Made by a program: the position numbers and the translations under genes. This document shows positions 15,879 to 25,849 of a stretch of DNA of 64,000 nucleotides, piece after piece (the stretch's first letter is position 1; the number at the start of each line of letters is the position of its first letter). The notes below the pieces were generated by a model. That model saw nothing but the letters and a program-made list of their open reading frames with translations. It was not told the origin of the DNA and ran no database searches. The DNA comes from Promethearchaeati archaeon SRVP18_Atabeyarchaeia-1 (GTDB lineage: Archaea > Asgardarchaeota > Atabeyarchaeia > Atabeyarchaeales > Atabeyarchaeaceae), in assembly GCA_037308085.1 (NCBI GenBank), contig CP147779.1:2336001-2400000 (forward strand), in the 5' to 3' direction.

Positions 15879-18800
15879 TTACAGAGTTGTCACTTGAATC
15901 GGTACCGCGACGCCGATCATGGTCACATCGTACATGTCGTACATGATGGTGTAGAGCTTGCACCGTCCCTTGGCAGTAGCCAGTATATCTAGAACTATGC
16001 CACCATCGGTAAGGGGTTTTGAGATTGTCTGAATGTTTACACCGCCCTCGAGAAAAGCCATGTTTGCCGCTAGAAATACCTTCGCTATAGGACATATCGA
16101 GTGATCCTTTGGCACAAGTGATAGTTGTACTCGCTCCCCCAGCTTCAGTGTAGTCTTGGGAAGTTTTGCTTCGAAGTTGAACATGGACTTTATCTTCTTG
16201 TAGTCTATTGTTTCCACTCCATCGAGCCTGACTAGGAGCTTGGTGCCGGCCCGAAGTCTTCTGTTTTCAGATGATTGGTCGCTGCCAGCCTCGTCATCAA
16301 GCGCGATTGTTCTGGCTACATTCCGTGAATCCAACCCGTAGTCTTTCTCTGTCAGCGTGACTGCTCTTGTCGGATCATCTTTTGTATGCGTGAAGTAGGC
16401 GAATTTGGGCATACTATCGAAGCCCTCCATTGTGGCGAAGAGTTCGATTAGTGCGCGCGTATCAGCCGTAGAATTCAGCCTGCCTGCTACGAGCCTCTTG
16501 GCGACGAACTTGAATCCCTTCTTAAACAGCATCTGGTGTCTGACGTCATTCGAAGGGCCAAGCACACGAAGTGCCGTCGCTGTCGTCTCGAGACTTCCTC
16601 CCCAAGTCGATTGGGACGCTTCCCAGTGGACTTCACTTCCCCCTGCTCCTTCGATGGCTCTTGATTCGATCAGCTTGAGTGCATCCTTCCGCTTTCCCTT
16701 GTCGCCTACATGTAGCGCTATGTTTGCCGCGTCCTCCACAGTCGACATCGGAGCCGCGAACTTTTCATTGAGTGGGAGAAGTGCGTTATCATGTACGTCT
16801 CTCTTCACAAGTTCCTGTATCGGCCTCTCAACAAGTGGAGCCGTATCCATCTTGAACTTCTCTACCTCCATGAGGGGAGCGAGGTTCTTCAATACTTTTC
16901 TTGTGACGTCGGGAGAACCATCCTTGGCACCCTCCCAGAGGGAATACATGCCATCTTGCTGGAGGAACTTCGCCATTCTTGAGAGACCAGAACTGATCAT
17001 TTGTGTTATTTCCTGTGATGTTTCGCCGAATTTCCATGCGACGGCGAGTCCACACAGCTTTGCACTTGTCTGCTCGGCGCATCCATATGGATACTGAACA
17101 AGGGCTCTAACCGAATCTGTGAGTATCGCTTTCACAGATCCATACACGAAGACTCTCTTTCCAGCGCCGATCTGTAGCTCTTCATTCTCTTCCAGCATGC
17201 TGAGAGCGGAAACCGTTACTCGCTCACTAGCTTGTGCATTGACTTCTTTTGTCATCAGGTCGCTGCCAATCGTCGATGTTAGCTCGGCCTCGACAACCCC
17301 AGGTCCGGGCAGCTTGAAGTCCCTGATGCCGTCACCCTCGACTTCGCCTTCGTAGGAGCTTCCGTCAGGGAGCCTAATTCGCAGACTTCCTTTTCCTTCG
17401 GCAAGGTGGTAGATTGCTTTCCCATAGTATTCGTCGCCATAATCTATCATCGAAGGTATGTCTAAATCAACCACGACACTCTTGTCGGCTTCCACGCTGG
17501 CAGACTTTGAGATATAGTCGACGCCGGTGAATGCGTAGACTTGCACCTTCCAGCGTGTTATCGTGTCTCCGAGCTTGATGCGCTCCTCGTGAACACCATC
17601 CATCTCGATGAGCTTGTATGCTAGTAGCTTAGGGAACCAAGCTCTTCTTGGCGTTACAGTCATTGCCGCCTGCACCGTTGTGGTAATGACAGTTGTCAAT
17701 TTGTCTCTATCTGCCATGTTGTAAGCGCCGACACCCACGGCCATCAGTTTCGCCGGGGTGGGTGATCTGGCAGAAAATGAAGGTGGTGGCGCGGCCATCT
17801 TTGCCATTGGTGCACCCGCGGCCATCATGTGAGCCAAGGGACGTACCGCTTCTTCTGCTTCAACCTCATGTACCTCTTTGCGTTCGATGAATTGCTCCAT
17901 CAGCTCCTGGATGCTTGGAAGCGCCCGTAAATGGTTGTAGATGTCTTTTCCGAGCTTTCCTGTAATATTCTCGGTGTCGAGTCTCTCGTCGAATACCATG
18001 AGAAGGCACTCAGCCTTTCTGTTTGATTCGAGAGTTATCGTCACCTCTTCGCCTGGCTCCGCTTTCTCAGGAGCCCTGATCTGCAGTTTGAGAGTCTCGG
18101 GGTGAAACACGACACTTCTCCCTTCAAACAAAGTGCTCTCATCGGCGTTGATCATGCATCCGACGAAGACAATCTGGTATGGAGCGCTATTATCAAACGA
18201 TAATTCTAGACCCTCTTTTGCAGAAGCCTTAGATGCTTGCCTAGCCTCACCGGTGAAGGGGTTAACGGTGTATACTGAGAGGTAGTCGAGGTTTCTAGTC
18301 ACCTGAACCTCGATCTTCTCCGACTCGGCGTTCCTGACTATGACAGGCGTCGTCGAGGCACCTCGTGGTGCCCAGTTGATCCCGCGAAGACTCCTCCCAT
18401 CAGGAATCGGGACTAGCGCCATATTCACGATCTCACCCAGGTTGCCGACCTGGATCTCCTGGCGTTCCTCGACTCTTGTGGACTGAAGCGTGACGGAAGC
18501 TGTGTTCCCGTCCGGAGTGGAGAATTCCAGTCTGAACGGTCCAGTGTGTCCACTTAGGCGCCATTGGAACCCAAGCGATCCGTTTTTGGCGTCGAAGGAC
18601 TTCTCCTCAACGACGACTTTGCAAAACTCGCAGTATAGTCCGATTCTAACGGAACCAGTGTAGGGCTGGTTGAGAACAGTCATCTCGAACTCCGCATCTA
18701 GGGCGTCACCACTGATAACTTGCTTCTTGATCTGGGCCAGCATGGGGCTGAGGGTGTGCTGGGCTATTGTGAAGTCACAGCTGAAGGTCTTCCTCTCCGC

Positions 18801-19241
18801 CTCAGTTGCCTTGCCAATCTTCCGCTCTGACGTAGTGGTTACTGCCGCAGTGTATTCACCCGTTTCCTCCGCGCCTCTTAGCTCATAGACATATACTCCA
18901 TAGTCGTCGAGCGTGAAGTCGTCGCTCGTCATAGCACGCTTGCCTGCAAACATGACCTCCAAGTGGGCAGTGTTGCGCCCACAGCCCGGCGATGCAATAA
19001 GCAGCCTCACGACGTCACCAGGATTGTAGACTCTCCTGTCCGATACGACTGCACCGAAGGCAAGAGGACCAATCTTGGCGGGCGCATAGGTCTGCCCCTT
19101 GATCTTCAGATCCTTGCCTAGCTCCCCTATTCTCGGGTATATGACCCGATCATCCAGGTCATAAATGAAATAATGCCCGACCTTAACTCCTTTCGCTGCA
19201 CCACCACTTTCTCTCAACAGTATCACGCTCCGCATTATCAC
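15879..19241 (-). CDS. Alpha-2-macroglobulin-family thioester protein
   Basis: SDRRVYNPGDVV (MG2-like), LDDYGVY, A/M/P-rich bait-like segment, RAWFP, DTITRWKV, YPYGCAEQT (GCAEQ at 17070-17084), GMYSLW, LETTATAL, NSTADT. Confidence 0.88.
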   Translation of the reverse strand: MIMRSVILLRESGGAAKGVKVGHYFIYDLDDRVIYPRIGELGKDLKIKGQTYAPAKIGPLAFGAVVSDRRVYNPGDVVRLLIASPGCGRNTAHLEVMFAGKRAMTSDDFTLDDYGVYVYELRGAEETGEYTAAVTTTSERKIGKATEAERKTFSCDFTIAQHTLSPMLAQIKKQVISGDALDAEFEMTVLNQPYTGSVRIGLYCEFCKVVVEEKSFDAKNGSLGFQWRLSGHTGPFRLEFSTPDGNTASVTLQSTRVEERQEIQVGNLGEIVNMALVPIPDGRSLRGINWAPRGASTTPVIVRNAESEKIEVQVTRNLDYLSVYTVNPFTGEARQASKASAKEGLELSFDNSAPYQIVFVGCMINADESTLFEGRSVVFHPETLKLQIRAPEKAEPGEEVTITLESNRKAECLLMVFDERLDTENITGKLGKDIYNHLRALPSIQELMEQFIERKEVHEVEAEEAVRPLAHMMAAGAPMAKMAAPPPSFSARSPTPAKLMAVGVGAYNMADRDKLTTVITTTVQAAMTVTPRRAWFPKLLAYKLIEMDGVHEERIKLGDTITRWKVQVYAFTGVDYISKSASVEADKSVVVDLDIPSMIDYGDEYYGKAIYHLAEGKGSLRIRLPDGSSYEGEVEGDGIRDFKLPGPGVVEAELTSTIGSDLMTKEVNAQASERVTVSALSMLEENEELQIGAGKRVFVYGSVKAILTDSVRALVQYPYGCAEQTSAKLCGLAVAWKFGETSQEITQMISSGLSRMAKFLQQDGMYSLWEGAKDGSPDVTRKVLKNLAPLMEVEKFKMDTAPLVERPIQELVKRDVHDNALLPLNEKFAAPMSTVEDAANIALHVGDKGKRKDALKLIESRAIEGAGGSEVHWEASQSTWGGSLETTATALRVLGPSNDVRHQMLFKKGFKFVAKRLVAGRLNSTADTRALIELFATMEGFDSMPKFAYFTHTKDDPTRAVTLTEKDYGLDSRNVARTIALDDEAGSDQSSENRRLRAGTKLLVRLDGVETIDYKKIKSMFNFEAKLPKTTLKLGERVQLSLVPKDHSICPIAKVFLAANMAFLEGGVNIQTISKPLTDGGIVLDILATAKGRCKLYTIMYDMYDVTMIGVAVPIQVTTL

Positions 19242-19501
19242 AAATAGAACAGAAATCCGCCAATACCGACTTCGATGGAGTCGGAGTCATTGTAGCATCC
19301 TGAGAACCTGACCCCATTACACTGTTGGTGGGATCAGCAGTTTGCCAAATAAACTCTTCGAAAAAGAAATCGCCTCAAAGCGCCACAGTCTGAGATATAT
19401 GTGGATTGCTTGCGAGTTATGAAAACGCTTATATCCGAAAATCTGACATAGACTAGACAGGGTTCTGGCCATCCGAGAGCAGACGGACGTCCGCTCCGGC
19501 G

Positions 19502-21682
19502 ATGCAGAGGGGGACAATAGTGAAGAGAGGAAAATGCCTCTTCTCAACCGTCATTATTCTCTTTATTCTAGTCACAGTGGTGTCGCCCATGGCGGGCGAA
19601 ACCAACCCTGTGACCGGGAAATCACAAGCGGCGTCTGGGAAGACAGGGCAGGACCCAGCAGGGTTCGGCGCGGGGGTGCCCGCCCAAAGAGATCCGGCAA
19701 CTCCCGTGGGCTCTGACACTAATTGGTTCGGAGTGACTTTCCCAAGTGGGCACTACTACAGCTTTTACCAGATTCAGACGCCATACGGTGTAGGTCAACA
19801 TATCGACACCGTAGGAACCAGCGATTATAACTACACCTTTATGGGTTGCACGACGGCAAACTATACGGTCGACTCCAGTGGGAGCATACAAGTAACTGGC
19901 TGGTTCAGGCAGTACGATATACTACCTCCCGATGCACTCGACCACAGAGTGCTGGACATCTACGTGCTGGATGCAGGCACTCTTGCTCATATCCTGAACC
20001 AGCACATCCTTAACGGCACTGATGGGACTGGGTGGGTATACAAGAACGTGACAGTAGATGGGTTGACCCCTGGAGTGACGGTGAAGATAGGATTCGGTAT
20101 GGGAAAATGGTGGACTGCAGACTGGCAACTAACACGTGAATGGGTAATGCTTAGTAACGCCAGTAACGGCACCGTAGTGTCCGGAAATGCTTCTTGGACA
20201 GGAACGACGAACCCGGGTGGCTACCACTACAACTTATATCAGGTCCCAACGCCCTACGGCCAAGGCTGTCACATCGACAGCGCGGGTAGCAGCAGTGTAC
20301 CAGCCCAAGGCGGATACGACTTCTTCGCCTTCAGCAATGTGAGCTACCCGGTCGGTAGCGACGGAGGCATAGAGGTGCGAGGCTACTTCAGGCAGAGTGA
20401 CATATTTGATTCCTTCACGATGCCTGGAAGGAGAGAAGTGAGAATATTCATTATGTATTCAAACGATAATGCCACGATCGTCAAGCAGCTGCCAGTCATC
20501 AGTTACACCTACGGTACTGGCTGGGTGCACAGAGAAGTAATGGTTACTGGGTTAAGCCCTGGAAGCCTTGTCAAGATAGGCGTTGGAAGACACGACGGCT
20601 GGTCCACCGACTGGCAATTGACGGCCGAATGGGCGGCAATAGAGGTCGTAGGCAATGTCTCCTGGAGTAACATGACAGGATCAGGCCCGCAAGTGACCAG
20701 TCCAGTAGGTAACTACTGTAACTTCTATCCGATCATAACGCCGTATGGTCCGGGCCACCATATTGACACTAATGGGAGTGGCGGCAACCCCAACAACTAT
20801 GCCTTCTACGGCTGCACTCTTGCAGACTACCCTGTCGGCAACGATGGAAGTCTAGAGGTTAAGGGACACTTCAGGCAAGATGATTCGCTGGCGCCGCTCC
20901 TTTTCCCCCAAAGGAGACTTCTCTGGGTTTTCATCATGTACTCTGGTGACAACTACACGATAGTACGCGAACAGATAGTCCTCAACTATACTGATGGAAC
21001 AGGCTGGTTGTACAGAGATATTACCATCAACGGTTTGACGCCAGGGAGTTTCGTCAGGATAGGGTTTGGCAGGTACAACTGCTGGTCAACCGACTACAAG
21101 TTGGTAGTGGAGTGGGCAGGAGTAGAGATTAGCAGCCCAACTTGGGGTCCCTTTGGCGCCGGTGGAGGAGGAGGTGGAGGAGGCGGACTGGGCGGCCCTG
21201 ATTTCACGCCAAATCTCGTTTTGATCATTGCATCAGGTGGCACGTTGATAACGGTCCTGGGCATTCTCGTCGTTGTATCCAGACGCAGAGCAGGAGCGTC
21301 ACATCGCGAAAATGCGCCTCAGAGAGATTTGCGAATGCGGATAGAGCCACAGGAGACTCGCGCCGTTCTCGTCCCTCCTTCAATGAGGTGTCCAAGTTGT
21401 GGTGGCGCCATCGAGCCTCCAGATTCAGCGTATTGCGTACACTGCGGCACAAAGCTTCAAGCACCCGCTGCAGGGAACGTGACCGCCCGACAGAGTGAGA
21501 CCTCAAGCACCCTCAAGGGCTGCATGATTTGCGGAATGCAAATCAAGGGGAGTGATATAGCAGTAAGGTGTCCCTACTGTGGAAATAGGGCGCACAGGAT
21601 TCATATGCTCGAGTGGCTTCATGTGAAAGATTACTGCCCAGTGTGCCAAAGGCACCTCGATGAACAGGAATTCGGAGAATAG
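19502..21682 (+). CDS. Single-pass membrane protein: signal peptide, three ~155-aa extracellular repeats, poly-Gly linker, TM, Zn ribbon, C-terminal RING-like finger
   Basis: Hydrophobic N-terminus; three TPYG.G.HID...G.FRQ.D...GTGW...GL.PG..V.IG.G...W..D..L..EW units; TM followed by RRR; CPSC..CVHC; CMIC-x12-CPYC-x3-AHRIHMLEWL-x5-CPVC. Confidence 0.85.
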   Translation: MQRGTIVKRGKCLFSTVIILFILVTVVSPMAGETNPVTGKSQAASGKTGQDPAGFGAGVPAQRDPATPVGSDTNWFGVTFPSGHYYSFYQIQTPYGVGQHIDTVGTSDYNYTFMGCTTANYTVDSSGSIQVTGWFRQYDILPPDALDHRVLDIYVLDAGTLAHILNQHILNGTDGTGWVYKNVTVDGLTPGVTVKIGFGMGKWWTADWQLTREWVMLSNASNGTVVSGNASWTGTTNPGGYHYNLYQVPTPYGQGCHIDSAGSSSVPAQGGYDFFAFSNVSYPVGSDGGIEVRGYFRQSDIFDSFTMPGRREVRIFIMYSNDNATIVKQLPVISYTYGTGWVHREVMVTGLSPGSLVKIGVGRHDGWSTDWQLTAEWAAIEVVGNVSWSNMTGSGPQVTSPVGNYCNFYPIITPYGPGHHIDTNGSGGNPNNYAFYGCTLADYPVGNDGSLEVKGHFRQDDSLAPLLFPQRRLLWVFIMYSGDNYTIVREQIVLNYTDGTGWLYRDITINGLTPGSFVRIGFGRYNCWSTDYKLVVEWAGVEISSPTWGPFGAGGGGGGGGGLGGPDFTPNLVLIIASGGTLITVLGILVVVSRRRAGASHRENAPQRDLRMRIEPQETRAVLVPPSMRCPSCGGAIEPPDSAYCVHCGTKLQAPAAGNVTARQSETSSTLKGCMICGMQIKGSDIAVRCPYCGNRAHRIHMLEWLHVKDYCPVCQRHLDEQEFGE

Positions 21683-21715
21683 TCCCCAAGAAACACTTTT
21701 CCCTGAGTGCCTTCG

Positions 21716-22177
21716 CTACGCGGGCAGGGCATGAAGTAGAGTGAGTTTCAGGTTCTTTACTCCTTTTTTGCTTATCATCGTTTCGGAGACTTTCTTGAGT
21801 TCCTTTGCCTTGCCCTCCATGGCTATGATCTCCATGCAGTTATGCTCGTCGAGGTGAAGATGAAGCGATGCCTTCACCGCTACCGCTGAGTCGTGCTGAA
21901 TGTCAATGAGCTTGTCAACCAGAGACCTAACCGCGTGATCGTAAACCATTGAAATCGTCCCCACCAATATGGCATCCTCATCAGTGGTCCACTTGCTTTC
22001 CAGAATGAAGTTTCTGAGGGCCTCCCTGATTGCTTCTGACCTCTTGAAGTACCCCTTCTTCCTTGACGTCTCGTCGAAGCTGACCAGCAGGTCTTCAGGG
22101 AGACTCATGCTTATTCGAGTGATCTCCTCCTCCGAACTTCCCTTTTCGTTTCTCGAGGCGAACATCCTTCCACTCAA
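21716..22177 (-). CDS. nikR: Nickel-responsive regulator NikR
   Basis: RISMSLP, RSEAIREA, YDH, IQH, HLHLDEHNCMEII. Confidence 0.93.
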   Translation of the reverse strand: MSGRMFASRNEKGSSEEEITRISMSLPEDLLVSFDETSRKKGYFKRSEAIREALRNFILESKWTTDEDAILVGTISMVYDHAVRSLVDKLIDIQHDSAVAVKASLHLHLDEHNCMEIIAMEGKAKELKKVSETMISKKGVKNLKLTLLHALPA

Positions 22178-22356
22178 ACCCCCATCAGCGTGAAAAGGCA
22201 GCGAGCTTCTCTCTTAGGTCTTCACGATGGAGTAATATTATCTTGCATGTATTTATGTGACTAGTATTACAAACATCAGGAGTCTTATTACTGGCTTCGA
22301 CGGGAGTCTCAAGACATTCAATGACCTTCCATTTGGCGATGCCATTATGGACGCCG

Positions 22357-23427
22357 CTACTCTGGCGTGCTGCCTCTCTTGGCGACAACAATTTGATCAG
22401 TGTTCAAGTTCATTACTATCTCAGCTATGTCGCTTGCGTATTCAGCTGCCCTTATTATGCTCTCAATCATCAGTGTGAGCCCTGCCACTTCTTGGATGTG
22501 AGTCTCGGCAAGGACCGAGTCCATTAACTCCTTCTTCAGCGAGGCCACTTTCTTTGCTTTCCGAACTACTTCTTCGGCAAACCTGAAGTCTCTTTTGAAT
22601 AGGGATTCTATTGACTCGTCGAATGCGGAGACTGCTGCCAGACTTGTCGACTCAATCTTCTTGAACATCTGACCATCTAAGAAGTGTTCCAATATCGTGA
22701 TGTTCCTCGCTATTTCGACTGCGTGATCAGCTGTTCTCTCTACAAATTTCGTTATTAACCTGTACGCGAGACACTCCTTACCTGTGGTCAGACCGATCCC
22801 CCGAAGTACGTTCATATCTTCGACTGCTGCCTTCAGTTGACGGACAATGTACAGGCCAAAGCGGTCGACTTCGTCGTCTCTGTCGATAACGTCTTTGGCG
22901 GATTCTCTATCGAGTTCCTTCAAGGCAGATAGCGCATCCTTGTGCATCGAAGATGCGATGAGACTCATTCTTCTGAGAGCACTTTGGACCGAAAGCTCCG
23001 TATAGCTAAGCAGCACTTTGATGGTGATCTCATTCTGGGAATCAGCAATGATCTCTGTGCCCATCAGCTTTCTTCTAGCGACGTCTTTTATTGCATTTCT
23101 TTGACCCGGGGGCAGCCGGTGTTTCTCTTCCCTAACGCTAATCGCGTTGTAGCCTACTAAGTAAAGGGAGATGATCTTTCTCATGATTGATTCAGGGTCA
23201 TCTGTCGCCTCGACTCCGACCAAGGCATCCATAGGACCTCCGGGTTTCCTCAGCCCTTCTGGGACTATCGATAAGCTGTTATCATTTTGAGTTATCAAAG
23301 CTACTTGGCTCCCTTTCTGTAAGCCCATCTGAGTGACCCATTTCTTTGGCAGGGAGAGAATGAACGTTGAGTCTCCTGTGACTTGGAGTTTCCTTACTTC
23401 TCTTTTCTCAGTCCATACTTCATTCAT
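22357..23427 (-). CDS. Archaeal phosphate uptake regulator (AbrB-like domain + PhoU repeats)
   Basis: RKLQVTGDSTFILSLPKKW, SLYLVGY, DDEVDRF, ERTADHA; divergent from pstS. Confidence 0.9.
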   Translation of the reverse strand: MNEVWTEKREVRKLQVTGDSTFILSLPKKWVTQMGLQKGSQVALITQNDNSLSIVPEGLRKPGGPMDALVGVEATDDPESIMRKIISLYLVGYNAISVREEKHRLPPGQRNAIKDVARRKLMGTEIIADSQNEITIKVLLSYTELSVQSALRRMSLIASSMHKDALSALKELDRESAKDVIDRDDEVDRFGLYIVRQLKAAVEDMNVLRGIGLTTGKECLAYRLITKFVERTADHAVEIARNITILEHFLDGQMFKKIESTSLAAVSAFDESIESLFKRDFRFAEEVVRKAKKVASLKKELMDSVLAETHIQEVAGLTLMIESIIRAAEYASDIAEIVMNLNTDQIVVAKRGSTPE

Positions 23428-23467
23428 TTCATTCTCACCGCTTCGTTGGTTAACAGGTTTTACAGCA

Positions 23468-23526
23468 TATATATTATCAATAGTCTTCCATAGTCGTCTA
23501 TATTCTACCTGGATTTCCTATATAAG
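23468..23526. promoter_or_regulatory. Putative phosphate-regulon operator/promoter with 10-bp phased repeats
   Basis: ATAGTC (23480), ATAGTC (23490), ATATTC (23500), ATATAA (23520, TATA-like) between the divergent regulator and pstS. Confidence 0.45.
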
Positions 23527-23577
23527 GCTGTCTCCATCTATGTTCATGCGTAAGAAAACAAGTAGGAGAAAAGAGAG

Positions 23578-24705
23578 ATGAACTACAAGAAGATAGCCAT
23601 CATTGAAGTGTTTGCAATAGTAGCAGTAATAGGCGTCGCATCATTCGTCATTGTAAACTCTGGAGCACCCGCACCCGTTAACATAAGCGGAGCAGGAGCA
23701 ACATTCCCAGCACCGTTGTATCAAGAGTGGAGTCAACAGTATCAGAGTCTTACAGGCGTTAAAGTAAACTACCAAGGTATCGGAAGCGGAGGCGGCATAA
23801 CACAGTTCAAGGCTAAGACTGTCGACTTTGGGGCAACTGATCCTCCGATGGGAGCACCTGACTGGGCCGCCGGAGATTTGCACGTCCCGACAGCCATCGG
23901 CGGTGTCGTGATAATCTACCATATCTCAGGACTACTACCAAGTGCGAGTGCTAAACTAAACTTCACTGGAGCGATCATATCTGCCATTTACGAGCAAAAC
24001 ATAACGCACTGGAACGACGCGGCACTCACAGCGATCAATCCAGGTCTAACACTGCCCAATACGTTGATAGTGCCAGTCCACAGATCAGATTCAAGCGGCA
24101 CAACCCAAGTCTTCACCAGCTTCCTCTCCAACGAGAGCTCAAACTGGAAGACTCACTACGGTGCGGGCAAAGTCATTAGCTGGCCATCGTCCGGAGAAGT
24201 GGGTGGATCAGGAAACCCAGGCGTTGCCGCAGGCGTGCAACAAAACGATAATTCTGTGGGCTACGTTGAACTCACATACGCGCTGTCAAACTCTATCAGC
24301 TATGGCAAAGTGCAGAACGCCGCAGGAAAGTTCATTGATCCGAGCCTGGCGAGCCTCCAAGCAGCTGCTAACGCATGGTCCTTCAATCTTCCTCCTGGAA
24401 ATGAGAGCTGGGCAAACGTACCATCCTTCTTCAGCTTGAGAGCCACAGGAGTTGTCCCAGACGATGCGTACCCAATAACTAACCCCACGTACATCATTGT
24501 CTACAAAGACCTCAGCGTCGTACCTGGCATGACCCTAGCCAAAGCCAAGGCTCTGGCATACTTCCTCTGGTGGGGAGTACACGATGGACAAAACTACTGT
24601 GCAGGTCTTTCATACGTCAAGCTGCCGGCAAGCGTCGTACAATTAGACGAGGCAACGCTTCAAATGATGACCTTCGGCGGAACACCGCTTCTTCCGTGGT
24701 CCTAA
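23578..24705 (+). CDS. pstS: Phosphate ABC transporter substrate-binding protein
   Basis: GAGATFPAPLY, YQGIGSGGG, DFGATD, HRSDSSGTT, GYVE, AYPI. Confidence 0.96.
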   Translation: MNYKKIAIIEVFAIVAVIGVASFVIVNSGAPAPVNISGAGATFPAPLYQEWSQQYQSLTGVKVNYQGIGSGGGITQFKAKTVDFGATDPPMGAPDWAAGDLHVPTAIGGVVIIYHISGLLPSASAKLNFTGAIISAIYEQNITHWNDAALTAINPGLTLPNTLIVPVHRSDSSGTTQVFTSFLSNESSNWKTHYGAGKVISWPSSGEVGGSGNPGVAAGVQQNDNSVGYVELTYALSNSISYGKVQNAAGKFIDPSLASLQAAANAWSFNLPPGNESWANVPSFFSLRATGVVPDDAYPITNPTYIIVYKDLSVVPGMTLAKAKALAYFLWWGVHDGQNYCAGLSYVKLPASVVQLDEATLQMMTFGGTPLLPWS

Positions 24706-24808
24706 CAGACCCAAATTCCTCATTTTTTGCTTCTTGAATTCAAACTAAGCTAATGAATGGGTGTTAGCCAAGTCTTAAACGATTATTCGGAATTGGGAGA
24801 CGAGACGA

Positions 24809-25849
24809 TTGGAGAAAGGGAAGGATACCAGAAATTTCCGTTCTCGATTGCGTCGTGCATCCAGTTTATTTTCGAGAGAGAGAATCAAGGGAGTCTTCTC
24901 CAAGGGGCAACTCAGAGGAGGTCATCTATTCAGAAACTTAGTTGCCCTAATGGCATGCAATGTCTTCCTAATTCTGGGCATCATGCTCTACAAGTTTGTG
25001 GGTGGAGCTTGGTTGTCAATCACCTCCTATGGATTAGGGTTCCTCGGGGGTACGACATGGCAGCCGTTTCCACCTAATCAGCTGGCTGCCCCGGTTTTCG
25101 GAGCGCTGCCCCTCATTTATGGCACCCTTGTCACGTCTTTGATAGCCCTCATCATTGCGGTGCCATTGAGCTTGGGTATAGCATTGGCGCTTTCGGAGTT
25201 CGCTCCGAAGCGATTCAGTTATGTAATCTCGTTTCTTGTGGAGCTTCTAGCCGCAATCCCAAGCGTCATCTACGGTCTCTGGGGGATTTTCATCCTCATT
25301 CCGTTTCTGCAGCAGGATGTGTACCCTCAGCTCCAGTCGGTTCTTGGTTTTCTCCCATTCTTCCAGGGGCCGATACTAGGCTCCAATGTGTTGACTGGCA
25401 GCATTGTACTGGCGATAATGATTATACCCACCATATCCGCAGTATCAAGAGACGTTTTTGCCGCAGTTCCTGGCAGCCAGCGGGAAGCAGTAATCGCGCT
25501 GGGCGCTACAAGATGGGAAGCCGCGAAAATTGTGGTCAGCTACGGTCGCTCTGGCATCGTCGGTGCGATTATTCTAGGTTTGGGCAGGGCGGTTGGGGAG
25601 ACAATGGCGATCACAATGGTAATTGGTAATTCATTCAATATGTTCAGCTCGCTTTTCCAGCCTGGCTACACTCTGTCGTCAATCATAGCAAACGAGTTTA
25701 GAGAGGCGAGTTCTCCACCAGTCTATATTTCGGCACTGATAGAAGTGGGCCTTGTGTTGTTTGCCCTCGCTTTGGTCATTAACATACTGGCTAGGATAGT
25801 TATTAGGGGTACAATGAAAAGAATCGGAGGAGCTGAGAACTTAAGATGA
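24809..25849 (+). CDS. pstC: Phosphate ABC transporter permease
   Basis: FGALPLIYGTL, ELLAAIPSVIYG, GRAVGETMA. Confidence 0.95.
   Translation: MEKGKDTRNFRSRLRRASSLFSRERIKGVFSKGQLRGGHLFRNLVALMACNVFLILGIMLYKFVGGAWLSITSYGLGFLGGTTWQPFPPNQLAAPVFGALPLIYGTLVTSLIALIIAVPLSLGIALALSEFAPKRFSYVISFLVELLAAIPSVIYGLWGIFILIPFLQQDVYPQLQSVLGFLPFFQGPILGSNVLTGSIVLAIMIIPTISAVSRDVFAAVPGSQREAVIALGATRWEAAKIVVSYGRSGIVGAIILGLGRAVGETMAITMVIGNSFNMFSSLFQPGYTLSSIIANEFREASSPPVYISALIEVGLVLFALALVINILARIVIRGTMKRIGGAENLR

Noticed and set aside
16405-17097. Long antisense ORFs (e.g. 16405+, 8724+, 57167+, 59218+, 61665+)
   Set aside because: Shadows of well-supported genes on the opposite strand, with no motifs of their own
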